Shown here piece by piece: positions 1 to 10,527 of a stretch of 42,252 nt of DNA. Where the stretch lies: positions 1 to 42,252 of the forward strand of contig CALSCO010000936.1 of NCBI GenBank assembly GCA_943704415.1, in the 5' to 3' direction. The position numbers and the translations under genes are program-made. The stretch is from Parvularia atlantis (Eukaryota). Numbering within the stretch: position 1 is the stretch's first letter; each line of letters opens with the position of its first letter. Under the pieces are notes generated by a model. It saw only the letters and a program-made list of their open reading frames with translations. It did not search any database and was not told where the DNA came from.

Positions 1-85
<85 letters not shown>

Positions 86-91
86 AGTGTG
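1..91. repeat. (GT)n/(CA)n microsatellite at contig end, inside an intron of the DENN gene
   Basis: Near-perfect GT dinucleotide run; probable assembly break. Confidence 0.97.
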
Positions 92-134
92 AGGCGCGTG
101 AGGGGCGGCGAACGTGCGCCAAACAGCAGTGCAC

Positions 135-1744
135 CCTTGTGATGGCCGCCTGAGCTGTGTACCTCGGACGCGCCCAGGAAGTGGTCCGCACGCATCACGT
201 CCGGCCACAGGCTGTTGCGCAACTGTTCGCATTGCGATCAGCCCCACAGCGACGAGAGCGTGGGCGCGCGGCGCACCCGCCCCTCCAGGTCCTTGTACAG
301 CTCCTCCGGCAGGCGCTCGACTAGCTGCGGGTTGTGCACGACGCGATCGAGGTCGAGGTCGATGACGACGACGACCTGCGGCCGCCCGCGTGGGTGCCGA
401 TAACGAGTAGAGCGCGCCGCCGCACGTTCTCCTTGTCACCCCAGGTCGCGGGCTGCGACGACGCGTGCACGCCGATCGCGATGACGTCTGGCACCTCGAG
501 CAGGTGCATCATCGACGTCGGCAGCAAGGGCGAGTACGTGCGCTCGACATTGAGCGGGTATAGTAGCGTGCGCACGCTGCGCCTCGGCCGCTCAGCAGCG
601 CACAGCGCGCAGCGTTCGCGGCAGCAGGCGCACCTCTCAAACACAAGCACGAGGTGATTGTAGCTCGCCGAGATCAGCACGAGGCTCACCTCGCGCAGCA
701 GGCAGCTCGCGATGGCGCAGACGGTCGAGATCGAGAGCAGGTGGAACACGTCGGCGATGGGCAGCTGGGTGGCGACGGCGTGAGCGGCTGCGCACACTCG
801 GAGGGAAGCACGCACGTCCAGCTGCGGCAGCTCGGTCGGGCCGGGCACGCGCACGCGGTGCGTCAGGCCGTGCAGCGTGAACTGGACGCCCATGCCGCCG
901 GCCGGAGGCAGCGGCACGTCGGTCGTGAGCGAGCGCGCCCACCTGTGCACGCGCACAACGCGATCAGCAGCAGCAGCGGCGGCGGACGCACGTGCGGTGT
1001 ACCGTGCGAGCGGCGCGCCCTGCGCGGCGAGGGCGAGCAGCGAGCACAGCAGGTGGCGCATCAGGCCGTAGAGCGGCTCGCGGCACTCGACGACGATGCA
1101 GTGCGGCGCGTACACGACCGTGTTGTCCTTCGCGCACGTGCGCACCGTGAGCCCGACGCGCACGAGGCGCGCGCGGGACGAGGCGCGTCACGCACATCCA
1201 GATGCGCCAGCAGCCCGCTCACGGCCTCGTTGCTCTCGACCAGGCGGCTGAAGCGGCGGCTGCGCGGGCGCTCGTGCGCGCCGCTCATCGTCGCGGCCTG
1301 CCTCGCGTTGCGCACAGTGCTGCGGTGCGCGAAGGCGAGGGCCATGCCGTACGAGAGCCGCGCCTCGGCCGAATACTCGCGCAGCACAAACGACACGAAG
1401 AGCGGGCGCAGCGGCTCGCGCAGCAGCCGCCAGCCGCCGGGCAGCGCGTACTGTAAAACGCGCGTGAGACGCGCCCGCGACGCGCCGCCGCGCCTGCGTT
1501 TCACTCACGCGCCACAGCTGCTGGTCCACGGCGCCGGCGGGCGCGAGGTGTGTCGTGCGCGCGCTCAGCTCGAGCGCAAACACGTCGCTCGGGTCGGGCT
1601 GCGCGCCTGTTTTCGCGCCAGCGCTCAGCCCCCCCGCCGCCGCCCGTCGGCCCCCCCCGCGCGCGCACCCGCCGCATCGTGCTGCCGCAGGTCCAGCGCC
1701 GCGAAGGCGACCGTCGCCAGCAGCGCGCACGGTGCCTCAGTCAT
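135..1744 (-). CDS. DENN-domain (Rab GEF) protein, multi-exon, 3' end runs off the window
   Basis: Spliced model MTEAPCALL... contains uDENN-like YALPGGW...FVL...SYGMALAF, YAPHCIVV, and DENN core LLREVSLVLIS, LLYPL...YSPLLP...LLEVP...IGVH, VVVIDLD. The last visible donor runs into the GT microsatellite. Confidence 0.8.
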
Positions 1745-1860
1745 GCGTGACGACTGAGTGTCAGTCAGGTGTGAGATAAACCGAGTCACGTGGTCGTGAT
1801 CGATCAGCCCGGTCGCCCGATATGTTCGGTATTTCTGCACAGAAGGGGGCGTAGAGTTGC

Positions 1861-4795
1861 TCACGATGCGGCGGCGGCGGCGGTGGTGGCGGCGTTGGTG
1901 GTGGTGATGCTAGGGGCCGGTGCTTGCGGTAGTAGCGGCGGCGGATACGAGAACACGGGCGACGGCAGAAGCGGCGAGACGGGCGTGGGCGTGAGCGGCG
2001 TTGCGCGAAACTGCTCGACAAAGCTGCGCGGCAGCCGCAACATGATCGCGTCCGGCTCGCCCTGGATCCCCAGCGCGACCTTGCCCGGGCTGAGCGGCCC
2101 GACGACGTCGAACGGGACGTTGTAGACTGGCGTAGTGCCGGCGGGCACGGTGAGGAGCACGCTAAGCAGCTGTGAGAGCGTCACGAGGCCCGTCGCGAGG
2201 TCCATCGTCCGCCCCGTTGGCAGCGCGATGGGCGACGTGGCCGCGGCCGAGCCGTTCGCCGTGGCGCCGGTCGGGCTGAGCTGCGCGGCAACGCGCGGGG
2301 CCGGCCGCGGGTCTGGCAGCAGCGGCATCGGTGCGCTGGCGGGCTCGCGGTAGGGCGGCAGCTGCGGTCGGATGACGGTAGGCGGAGGCATGCCGTTCAG
2401 GCCTGTGCTGTTGCTGCGGGCCTTCTTGCGCACGGGCGGGGAGGGCGCGGGCGGCTGCACGCTAGGCGCGGTCCCGAGCATGGCTGTGGGCGCGGGCGCG
2501 GGTACGCCGACGACGACGGCCGGGCGCTGCGCCGAGCCAGACATGATCACGCTGGGCCGCCAGACGGTGCTGCCCGCGGCCGGCAGCGGGCCAGCGAGCG
2601 TGCCGGGCGGGAAGGTCGCGAGGCCATTGTTGTAGTTGGCAGCGGCCCAGTCGAGGTGGTGCTGGCTGTCACGGATGCTGGCGGCGGCACCAATCGAGAT
2701 CCTGTTGCGAGCCATGTTGCGCATGCCCCGCGCGAGCGCGTGGTAGTGGCTGAGGTGGTGGAGCTGCTGTTGCAGTTGCGCCTCCCGCTGCTGGTGCTGG
2801 TGCAGCTGCGCCTGGGCCTGCGCTTGTGCCTGCGCCTGCATCTGCTGCGACTGCGGCTGCTGCGGCTGCGGCTGCTGCTGCGGCTGCGGCTTGCTGGGCG
2901 ACTGGCGCAGCGTCGCTGGCCCACCCGTGCTGGCCACCTGCGTCGTCACGCCGGGCGGTTGCTGCTGCTGTGCCTGGTCGCCCTTGTGCGCGGCCGAGCC
3001 CTTGCTGTTTGCCGCGCCGTTGCCAGACCGCACAATGCGGCTGCCGCGCAGGAACGTCTCCAGGTCCTGGATGTTGCTCCCTGGGGTCGTTGACGAGGCG
3101 AGCGCCGACGTCGAGGCGGTGGGCATCGTGCCCGCGGTGGCGTTGATCGTGGTCGTGCCCACGCCGACGATGGTCGTCGTGCTGCCGAGACCGCTACCAT
3201 TCACGACGCTGCTCCGTATCTGGTGCACGCCGTTGGCCAGCACGGTCGTCTTGACCACGACGGGTCGCATGGCCGAGTACGGCACGGACGTCTCGGGTGC
3301 GGCAGCAGCTGCGCTCGTGGCCGCGGGCTTGTCCACACCCCCGATGACCGCGTTGTACCAGTCCGTGTCGGCCTCCGTGTTCTCGTCGTACAGGCCGTCG
3401 ACGTCCATGACCGAGTCGAGAAACGCGTTGCCGTCGGTGCTGTCGGCCGACACCACGCCCGCGCCGTCCTCGGCCTCGGTCAGCCACAGGCCATCGCTGG
3501 CGCTGGCCGCGGCCGACGGCAGGGGCGCGTCGCTGCCGAAGGGCGCGCGCTTGCTGGCCGCGGGGCGCGTGATGGCGTCGGCGTCCGACAGGGAGCGCTT
3601 GAGTGTCGCCTGCTGCTGCTGCAGTTGCTGCTGCTGCAGGGCCTGGTAGTGCGCGTGGTGCGCGAGGTGGGCCGCGTGCGTAGCCGGGTCGACGGTGTCG
3701 TCCGTCAGGGCCGGCAGCTCGCGCGGGATGGCGGGCGCGGAGGTGGCGTGCGACAGCGACGCGCGCGCGTGGAACGTCGACATGTAGGCCTTGGGCTGCG
3801 ACTTCTGCACGATCACGTGCGTATCGAGCATCTGCCGCAGGGCCGTGTGCTCGAGTACCTCGGGCGTGTACAGGCCAAAGGCCTTGGGCCCGGAGATGTG
3901 CGACCTGGCGTTGCGGATGCTCGGGTGGATGTGCCTGTGCATCTGCGTGCTCACGCCTGCACGCGCACACGCGGGGGCGCGGCGTGAGCGGGCGTTCAAG
4001 GCACACGGGCAGCGGCGCGTACTCGTCGGCTTGTAGCCGAAGAAGCGCACGGGCGGGTTGGCGTTTAGCAGCCACGCGACAAAGACCGGCCTGTCGTCGA
4101 CGCCGACAATGACCTGCATGACCGTGTGCTGTCCGCCGCGCTCGTCCGGGCTCTGGCGGTACGAGACGAAGCCAGACGGGTAGACCTGCTCGCTGTTCTG
4201 TTTGTGCGCGCGCGCGCGCGAAGGAGGTGGGGGAAGCAAGCAGTGAGCGAACGTCGCATCGGGGTCGATCGGCGCGCGCCAAACGCACATGCGCCTGCCA
4301 CCGCCAGTGCTCGCTCACGTCGCGCACCACGCCCAGCGCCAGCACGGTCACGCCGCGGTAGCGCGTGAGCGGCTTGGCATTGAGATCGATCTGCAGCTGC
4401 TCGACCTTTGCCCATGCCTTGGCCTCGGACGGCTGCGGGCGCGGCGCGGCGGGCGGCTGCGTCGTCGCGCTCGCGGCGGCCAGTGCCGTGTCCTGCGTGG
4501 GCGACGAATCGGCGCTCGGCAGCGTCGTGCTCGACGCCGACAGGTCGAGCCACTCGTCCGCGGGGGCGGCGGCCGTGGCGCCAGGCGTGGCGCCGTTCTC
4601 GTCGTCCTCGTGCTCGTCCTCGGCCGCGCCGTCGTCGCCGTCATCGTCCTCGGCATCCAGGTCGATCTCCGCGTCGCCGTCGCCGTCGCGGTCGGCGCCG
4701 TCCGCCGCGGCCACGTCGTCGGCGTCGTCCGCGTCCGCGTCCGCGGAGGGCAGCGGCGACACGGCGCGCGCGCCTTCCGCGGGGTCGTCGTCCAT
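1861..4795 (-). CDS. FYRN/FYRC (FY-rich) domain nuclear protein with acidic N-terminus and long Q/P/A-rich tail
   Basis: VTVLALGVV...HNSEQVYPSGFVSYR (FYRN-like) and ISGPKAFGLYTPEV (FYRC-like). Two GT-AG introns (~4198-4290, ~3957-4023); stop at 1861-1863. Confidence 0.7.
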
Positions 4796-5003
4796 GCTGC
4801 CGCGGGGCGTAATCTGATCGGGCGTGATGAATGGCCGCGGTGGTTCAGTTAGGGTGCTGAGTTAAGGGCGCGGTCCTGTGGCCTGCTCGCGGTCACTCCG
4901 TGTGCGCCCGTATGCGCAGAGTGCATGTGCGAGCGTCTGAGCATGTTGTACATTTCTACTACCGACGATCGCAAGCAGAGCAGCGCGAAACAAAGAATTT
5001 CAC

Positions 5004-5802
5004 TTACGTGTATCGCCCAACCTGGCGCTGGTCGGTCACCGCTCGCGGCTCGCACTCACGGCAGCGCAGCGCCGTTCGGGTCCGCATCGCCGACGACACT
5101 TGCGAACCTTCTCCCACATGACCGTATCAGGCTTCTCGCGGTCGAGCACCCACTCGAGATACTTGTACGGGAACGGGCGGTTGTCCCACTCCCAGTAGTC
5201 CCGCTGGCCGAGCGCCTTAGGCTTGCCGGCAATGTCGATCTCGTCGAGGCGCCAGCGGTGGTAGTAGTTGACGAGGTCGAGCAGCTCGCTGGTGGCAAGA
5301 AAGTCGCGCGCGCTGCACGGCGGGCGGCGCGCATGTGAGCGTACACGCGTGCGACGCGGCGGCGCGGCGGGGGTGGCTCTCGGAGGACTGGCTCACGCAC
5401 CGGTGGCGCCAGCGAAGGGCATTCTTGGGGCGCAGCGGGCTGTTGTCGACCGAGTACATGTTAAAGGCCATGACGAAGCGCTCTCCCAGAACGAGAGCAG
5501 CAGCTTGCGCGCTTGCCCGTGCGCTTTTCCTCGAAGGCGAGGCGCGCGTAGTCCCTGCGCTGCATGTCACGGATCGGCACCTGAGCACGAGCGCGCGCGC
5601 AGGCACGCACTGCGCAAACGTGGTGCTGCTGACGAACGAGGCGACCAGGCTGAGCGCGTTCATCACGGCCTCGCTGTTGTACTCCTTCGAGGCTGGGCGC
5701 GCCCCCGCTCACGTTCTGCGGCACGACGGGCGTGGGCGTCGTGGGCCACCTCTCGTTCGCTTGCACGGTCGGCTGGCCGTAGTGCATCGCGGGCTGCTCC
5801 AT
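5004..5802 (-). pseudogene. Orphan coding-like sequence broken by several frame changes (pseudogene or unusual gene)
   Basis: Protein-like, GC3-rich segments (SKEYNSEAVMNALSLVASF, DYARLAFEEKRTGKR, KLLLSFWE, RFVMAFNMYSVDNSPLRP, DFLATSELLDLVNYYHRWRLDEIDIAGKPKALGQRDYWEWDNRPFPYKYLEWVLD) alternate among all three frames. Not all junctions can be explained by canonical introns. Confidence 0.45.
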
Positions 5803-5873
5803 GACGACGCGGTGCGGGGGCGCGCGGTCAGCCTTGCAGCATACATGACAACAAAGACGCGAAATTCGATAAA

Positions 5874-7080
5874 ATGACACTGCAAGCCATCGAGGCACGT
5901 GACCGATGTGCTGCGTTCAGTGCTGGCTCGCTCAACGCGCGCGCCGCGGCAGGTCGACGTGGCGCGCCTGATCAGCCGCCTCGAGGCGATGACGGCCGAC
6001 ACACAGGCTGTGCTGAGCCCACGCTTTGCCACGGTGCGCGTGCGTAAGTGTGCCGATTGCCCTGCTCAACCCTCGCGCGCTCGCAGTTTGTGCGCGCGCT
6101 CAACGACAAGATGGACGAGCTGCATGCGGCGCCGACCAAGTGCGGCGCGCGGGCACCGTCGCGCGTGTGCGGCTGTTGACGTTGAGTGCGCGCCAGGGCC
6201 AGGGCAGACGTACTCGCCGTGTACCGCACGAAGCAGCAGCGGTTCAACGCGCTGGTCGACCTCGACCGGCTCGTGCGCCGCTCGCGCACACGTGCGCGAT
6301 GCGCACCGCCTGACCACGCCGTGCGTCGCAGATCCTTCCGCTCGGGCCAACGATGGCGCAACGCAGCCTCGGGAACCCGTCGCCGCGGCCGCTCGGGGAA
6401 CGTCTGCGCGAGGCCGAGGTCGAGCTGCGCGTGCGCAACCACGTCCTGCGCACGGAGCTGCTCGCCGCACCGCCGGCCCGTGACCCGCCCGCGCCCGAGC
6501 GTGAGCCTCCCGTGGCCGCGCGTGGCGAGCTGCTGCAACGGCGCGAGAGGCCGCTGTTGGCGTGGCGCGCGCGCCGCTGACGCAAGCGAGCGCGCAGGCC
6601 ATCCGAGCCCGCCGCCGCCGCCGCGCCAAGCGACGCCGCGGGTGCCGAGGAGCAGCTGCGGCTGCACTACGCCATGCAGGACCGCGTCATGGACGAGATG
6701 AAGTCGCTCGCCAAGCACCTCAAGGACAACACGTACGCGATGCACGACATTCTGCAGCGCGACGCACGGGTGTGCAACCGGGGCCGTGCGCGTGCGCGAG
6801 ACTCACCGCCCGCGGTGCGCAGGTGATCGAGGAGACGAACTCGGTCGTCGACGGCAACCTCGTGCGGCTCAAGACCGAGCGGCAGCGTGTGCAGGACTTT
6901 ACGCACGTCGTGCGCAGTGGTGCGTGCGCTGTCCTGTGCCACCGCGCGCGCCAGCAGCTGAAAGGTGTGCGCGCGCGTTGCTTAGGTACGTGGTCGATCT
7001 GGGTGACGATGCTGCTCGTCGTCGTCGCGTTCTTCGCCACCTACGTGTTTATGAACCTGTTTCCGAGGTCGCGCACATAA
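5874..7080 (+). CDS. USE1: USE1-like ER Qc-SNARE
   Basis: Spliced N-terminus MTLQAIEVDVARLISRLE; SNARE helix QDRVMDEMKSLAKHLKDNT...NLVRLKTERQRV; C-terminal TM WVTMLLVVVAFFATYVFMNLFP; TAA at 7078-7080. Confidence 0.8.
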
Positions 7081-7234
7081 CTGCTACATGTAGTGCACAA
7101 GACAAAGTTACTGCTGCGCGCGCGCTCAGCGGCAAAGACACGCGCGGCGCTGGCCGAGACGACGAGTGAAGGGGCACTCGCGCGACCGCGCCTGAGCTCA
7201 TGTTTCGCTGTAATTAGCCGCCTGTCTGCGGGCG

Positions 7235-9018
7235 ATGTTGTCCCACCATGGCGGCGTGCCGCTCGCGAGCGAGGCCGAGCAGGCGCAGCTCGTCGTGCGT
7301 CCCGCGCCGCCCGCGCGCGTGCCACCCACTGACCGCACGTGACGCGGCCGCTGCAGGAACTGCGGGATCTCGTGCGCGCCGACATGGAGACGCACCTGAC
7401 CGAGAAGCAGCGCGGCTACGAGGAGCTGACGGTGCGCCCGTGTTGGTGGTCTGGCGCGGCTCAGACGCGCGACGCCAGGGCGACATCCGCCTGCTCCGCT
7501 TCCTGCGCGGGTACAAGCACGTCGTGGGCGACGCGGCCGACGCGTACCGCAAGATGCTCGCGTGGTACCAGGCCGACCACATGGGGGCGATCCGCGACGA
7601 CATCGTCGACAACCACCTCACCCTCGCGACGCTGCCGCACTCGCCCCTGGTGATGCAGTACTACTTTGCAAACGTGTGGCACGGCGAGGACGCGCACGGC
7701 AACGTGTTCAACATCGAGGTACGGCCCGTGCGCGCGCGTGTCGTCGTGCTCGCTCAGCATCGTGCGAATGACGTGCCAGATGACGGGGCAGATCGAGCCC
7801 AGGAACCTCAACCGCAACCTGCCCGAGGAGACGTTCCTGACGTGGCACCGTGCGCTGCGCATCTACTGCGCCTTCCGCGCTCATCGTGCTGACTGGATGT
7901 GTGTGCGCGTCGCACATCAGGCTACCATCTCGAGCTCAAGTCGATCTACTCGGACCGCGAGTCGCGCAAGCGGCAGCGGCTCGTGCGCACGTTCGCGATC
8001 AAGGACCTGCGTGGGTGTGCGCACTGCTGCTGCTGTCCTTGTCGTGCTCGCAGCTGACGGCCCGCGCGGCAGCCTCGGGCTCAAGCACGCGCACCAGCCG
8101 ACGCTCAACCTGCTGCGCAAGGCGATCAAGATCGGCACCGACAACTACCCCGTACGCACGCTCCTGCCCACTGCTCTGCCGGCCGCTCACAGCGCGCCCG
8201 CAGGAGATGCTCGACAAGCTGCTGATCATCAACGCCCCGACCGTGTTCAACATGCTCTGGAAGATCGTCAAGCCGATGATCAACCAGCACACGCTCGAGA
8301 AGGTTCGCCTGGTGCCCCGCCGTGCCGCGCGCGCAGCTCACAGCGAGCGTGTGTGTGTGCGCAGATTCAGATCTTTGGCAGCTCGGGCTACCACGACATC
8401 ATCCGCCAGAAGATGGAGCCCAAGTCTGTGCCCATGTTCCTCGGCGGGCTGTGCACGTGCGAGGGCGGCTGCATCAAGAACTGGGCCGGCTCGGCCGTGA
8501 ACGCGGACGGCATGCAGGAGGTGCGCCCCCACCGTGTGCCGCGCACGCGCCTGCATGGGGGCCTGACGCGCAGCGTCGCGTGACCGCAGGTCGAGATCCA
8601 CCGCGGCCAGAAGTACGATATGCCGATGAACGTGACGGCGGGGACCGAGGTCAAGTGGGCGTTTACGGTCAAGGCGCACGACATTCGCTTCCTGGTCGAG
8701 TTCAAGCCGGGTACGCCGTGCTGCTTTCGGCCCTGCGCTCGTGCTGACGTCCGAGGCGCAGACGGCGACGACAGCGAGACCGAGACGATCGTCGACGAGC
8801 AGGCCGACTCGACGACCGAGCACCACGGCTCGTTCCGCGCGCCGAGCATGGGCGAACTCACGCTGTGCTGGGACAACGGCAGCGCCTTTTTCCGCTCAAA
8901 GCACGTCGCGTTCAAGTTCGACATCGTCACAGACGAGGCCTCGCCCGTCACGGTGCACGGGGGCAGCGCATCGACGACGGTCCTGAGCGAGAGCGGCTCT
9001 GAGGCAGCCGACCGCTGA
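7235..9018 (+). CDS. SEC14-like CRAL-TRIO + GOLD domain lipid-binding protein
   Basis: DIRLLRFLRG, IKDLRGLG, DNYPEMLDKLLIINAP, IVKPMINQHTLEKIQI, VPMFLGGLC, then GOLD KWAFTVKAHDIRF...LTLCWDNGSAFFRSKHV; about nine introns. Confidence 0.9.
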
Positions 9019-9076
9019 CCGCGCTCGCACCCTTCCGCTTGTTCTTTGCTCGCTCAGTGCACACGCACACACATTT

Positions 9077-10381
9077 CTACCCCTCCACCCCTCCAGCGCG
9101 CGCCAGCAGCAGCCGCGCAAGGTGCTCGAACGCCTGGACCGTGCGCTGGTCGGGCGCGTGGTCAAGTGAGCACTCGACGGCCGTCCCGCCCTCGGCCGCT
9201 GTGACGCGCACACGCAGCGCCAGCTGCAGCTGCTCGAGCGCCCCGTCGGCGCCGCCGCGGTCCCTGAGGCGCCGTGCCCGCCGGTTCCACGTGTTCTCGC
9301 GCGCGTGCACCTCGACTGTCCACTCGTCGTCCGCGTCGTGCAGCACGCGGACGTCGAGCCGCAGCGCCTCCGCTATCTCGCGCTGCAGCCGCCCGGCCAC
9401 GTCGCGCACCGCCGCGCCGTCGATTTGGCCGCGTACGGGGGCCGCCGTGCACCCGCCGTGCTCGACGAAGGACCAGGCGACGGCCCAGCGGCGCGTGCGG
9501 CCGGCGGCGAGGACGGTCGATCGCACGTCGAGGACGCCCGGCAGCGCGCGCAGCTCGGGCAGCAGCGTGTCCAGCGAGGTGCGGATGCCGAGCTTGGACG
9601 TGAACCAGCGCACGCGCGTGCGGTGCCGCGGCTCGGCGCTCTCGGCGATCATGCGGCGGACGAAGGCGATCTCGCCGCCGGCCGTGTGCAGCTCGTGCGG
9701 GCGGCCGAGCGGCGCGGTCGGTGCGGCGCGCGCCTTCTTGGCGGCGCGCGTCGTCTGCTCTGCCTCGTCGGCGTAGAAGGGCGGGTTGCACATGACAAAG
9801 GCGACGGCGGGCTGCGCTTCCCGATCTGGCGCCACGTCCACGTCCACGTCCACGTCGGCGAGGGCCTCGGCGAGCACCGTGCGTCCCGAGACGCGGCGCA
9901 GCTCGACGCGGCCGCCCATCGCGTTGCGCGCGACGTTGTCGGCGGCCCACCGCAGCGCCTCGTCACTCACGTCGGTGCCGCGCACGCGCCACGTCGGGTT
10001 GCGCGCGCACGCGATCAGTGCGTAGATGGCCGACGCGCCCGTCCCGACGTCGACGCCGCGCACCGGCGCCGTCGCGGCGCGCCGCACAAGCTGCTCGACC
10101 CACTCGACGTACAGCAGCCGCACGGCCACGGCCGGACACAGGGCGTCGGGCGGGATGCGCACGTCCAGGCCGAGGTCGCGCCGCAGCAGCGCTAGCGTCA
10201 GCGCCCGCGCGGCCGCCGCGTCGCTGAAGTCGATGCGGCCGCGGCCCGTCGCCCCGTCGATCGCCACGTGCGCCGCCAGCTCGGGCGCGTCCGCCGCCAG
10301 CGCCGCAAAGTCGGTGAAGCGCGCGAGCGACGTCGCCAGGGCGTCGGCCGCGACGCGATCAGTGACGGCCGCCCGCTTCAT
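9077..10381 (-). CDS. METTL16: METTL16/RlmF-family N6-adenosine RNA methyltransferase, apparently intronless
   Basis: IDFSD...LCPAV..R..YVEW, SAM-binding VDVGTGASAIYAL, catalytic MCNPPFY, GGEIAFVRRMI.ES, WFTSKLG, GRTRRWAVAWSF. ATG taken at 10381; the upstream extension is tandem repeat. Confidence 0.88.
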   Translation of the reverse strand: MKRAAVTDRVAADALATSLARFTDFAALAADAPELAAHVAIDGATGRGRIDFSDAAAARALTLALLRRDLGLDVRIPPDALCPAVAVRLLYVEWVEQLVRRAATAPVRGVDVGTGASAIYALIACARNPTWRVRGTDVSDEALRWAADNVARNAMGGRVELRRVSGRTVLAEALADVDVDVDVAPDREAQPAVAFVMCNPPFYADEAEQTTRAAKKARAAPTAPLGRPHELHTAGGEIAFVRRMIAESAEPRHRTRVRWFTSKLGIRTSLDTLLPELRALPGVLDVRSTVLAAGRTRRWAVAWSFVEHGGCTAAPVRGQIDGAAVRDVAGRLQREIAEALRLDVRVLHDADDEWTVEVHARENTWNRRARRLRDRGGADGALEQLQLALRVRVTAAEGGTAVECSLDHAPDQRTVQAFEHLARLLLARAGGVEG

Positions 10382-10390
10382 CCTGCAGCA

Positions 10391-10498
10391 AAGTTGTTGC
10401 ACTCTTGTGACATTTATATTGTCCAGAAACTTGGCAAGTTGTTGCACTCTTGTGACATTATTATTGTCCAGAAACAAGTTGTTGCACTCTTGTGGCAT
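10391..10498. repeat. AT-rich tandem repeat, ~2.5 copies, periods 45 and 40 nt
   Basis: AAGTTGTTGCACTCTTGTG starts at 10391, 10436 and 10476; the first two copies are followed by ACATT(TAT/ATT)ATTGTCCAGAAAC. Confidence 0.95.
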
Positions 10499-10527
10499 CG
10501 GCTACGTACCGATAGGAACGCACAACA

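Noticed and set aside
1752..1806. Small palindromes and a GTCACGTG E-box/CLEAR-like site upstream of the DENN gene
   Set aside because: CACGTG and short palindromes are abundant by chance at this GC content, and there is no independent support.
10421..10475. TCCAGAAAC as a METTL16 target nonamer (UACAGARAA-like)
   Set aside because: It mismatches the core and lies antisense to both flanking transcripts.
10391..10498. CRISPR-like array (19-nt repeat x3 with spacers)
   Set aside because: The two spacers are near-identical, so this is a tandem duplication. The context is eukaryotic and there are no cas genes.
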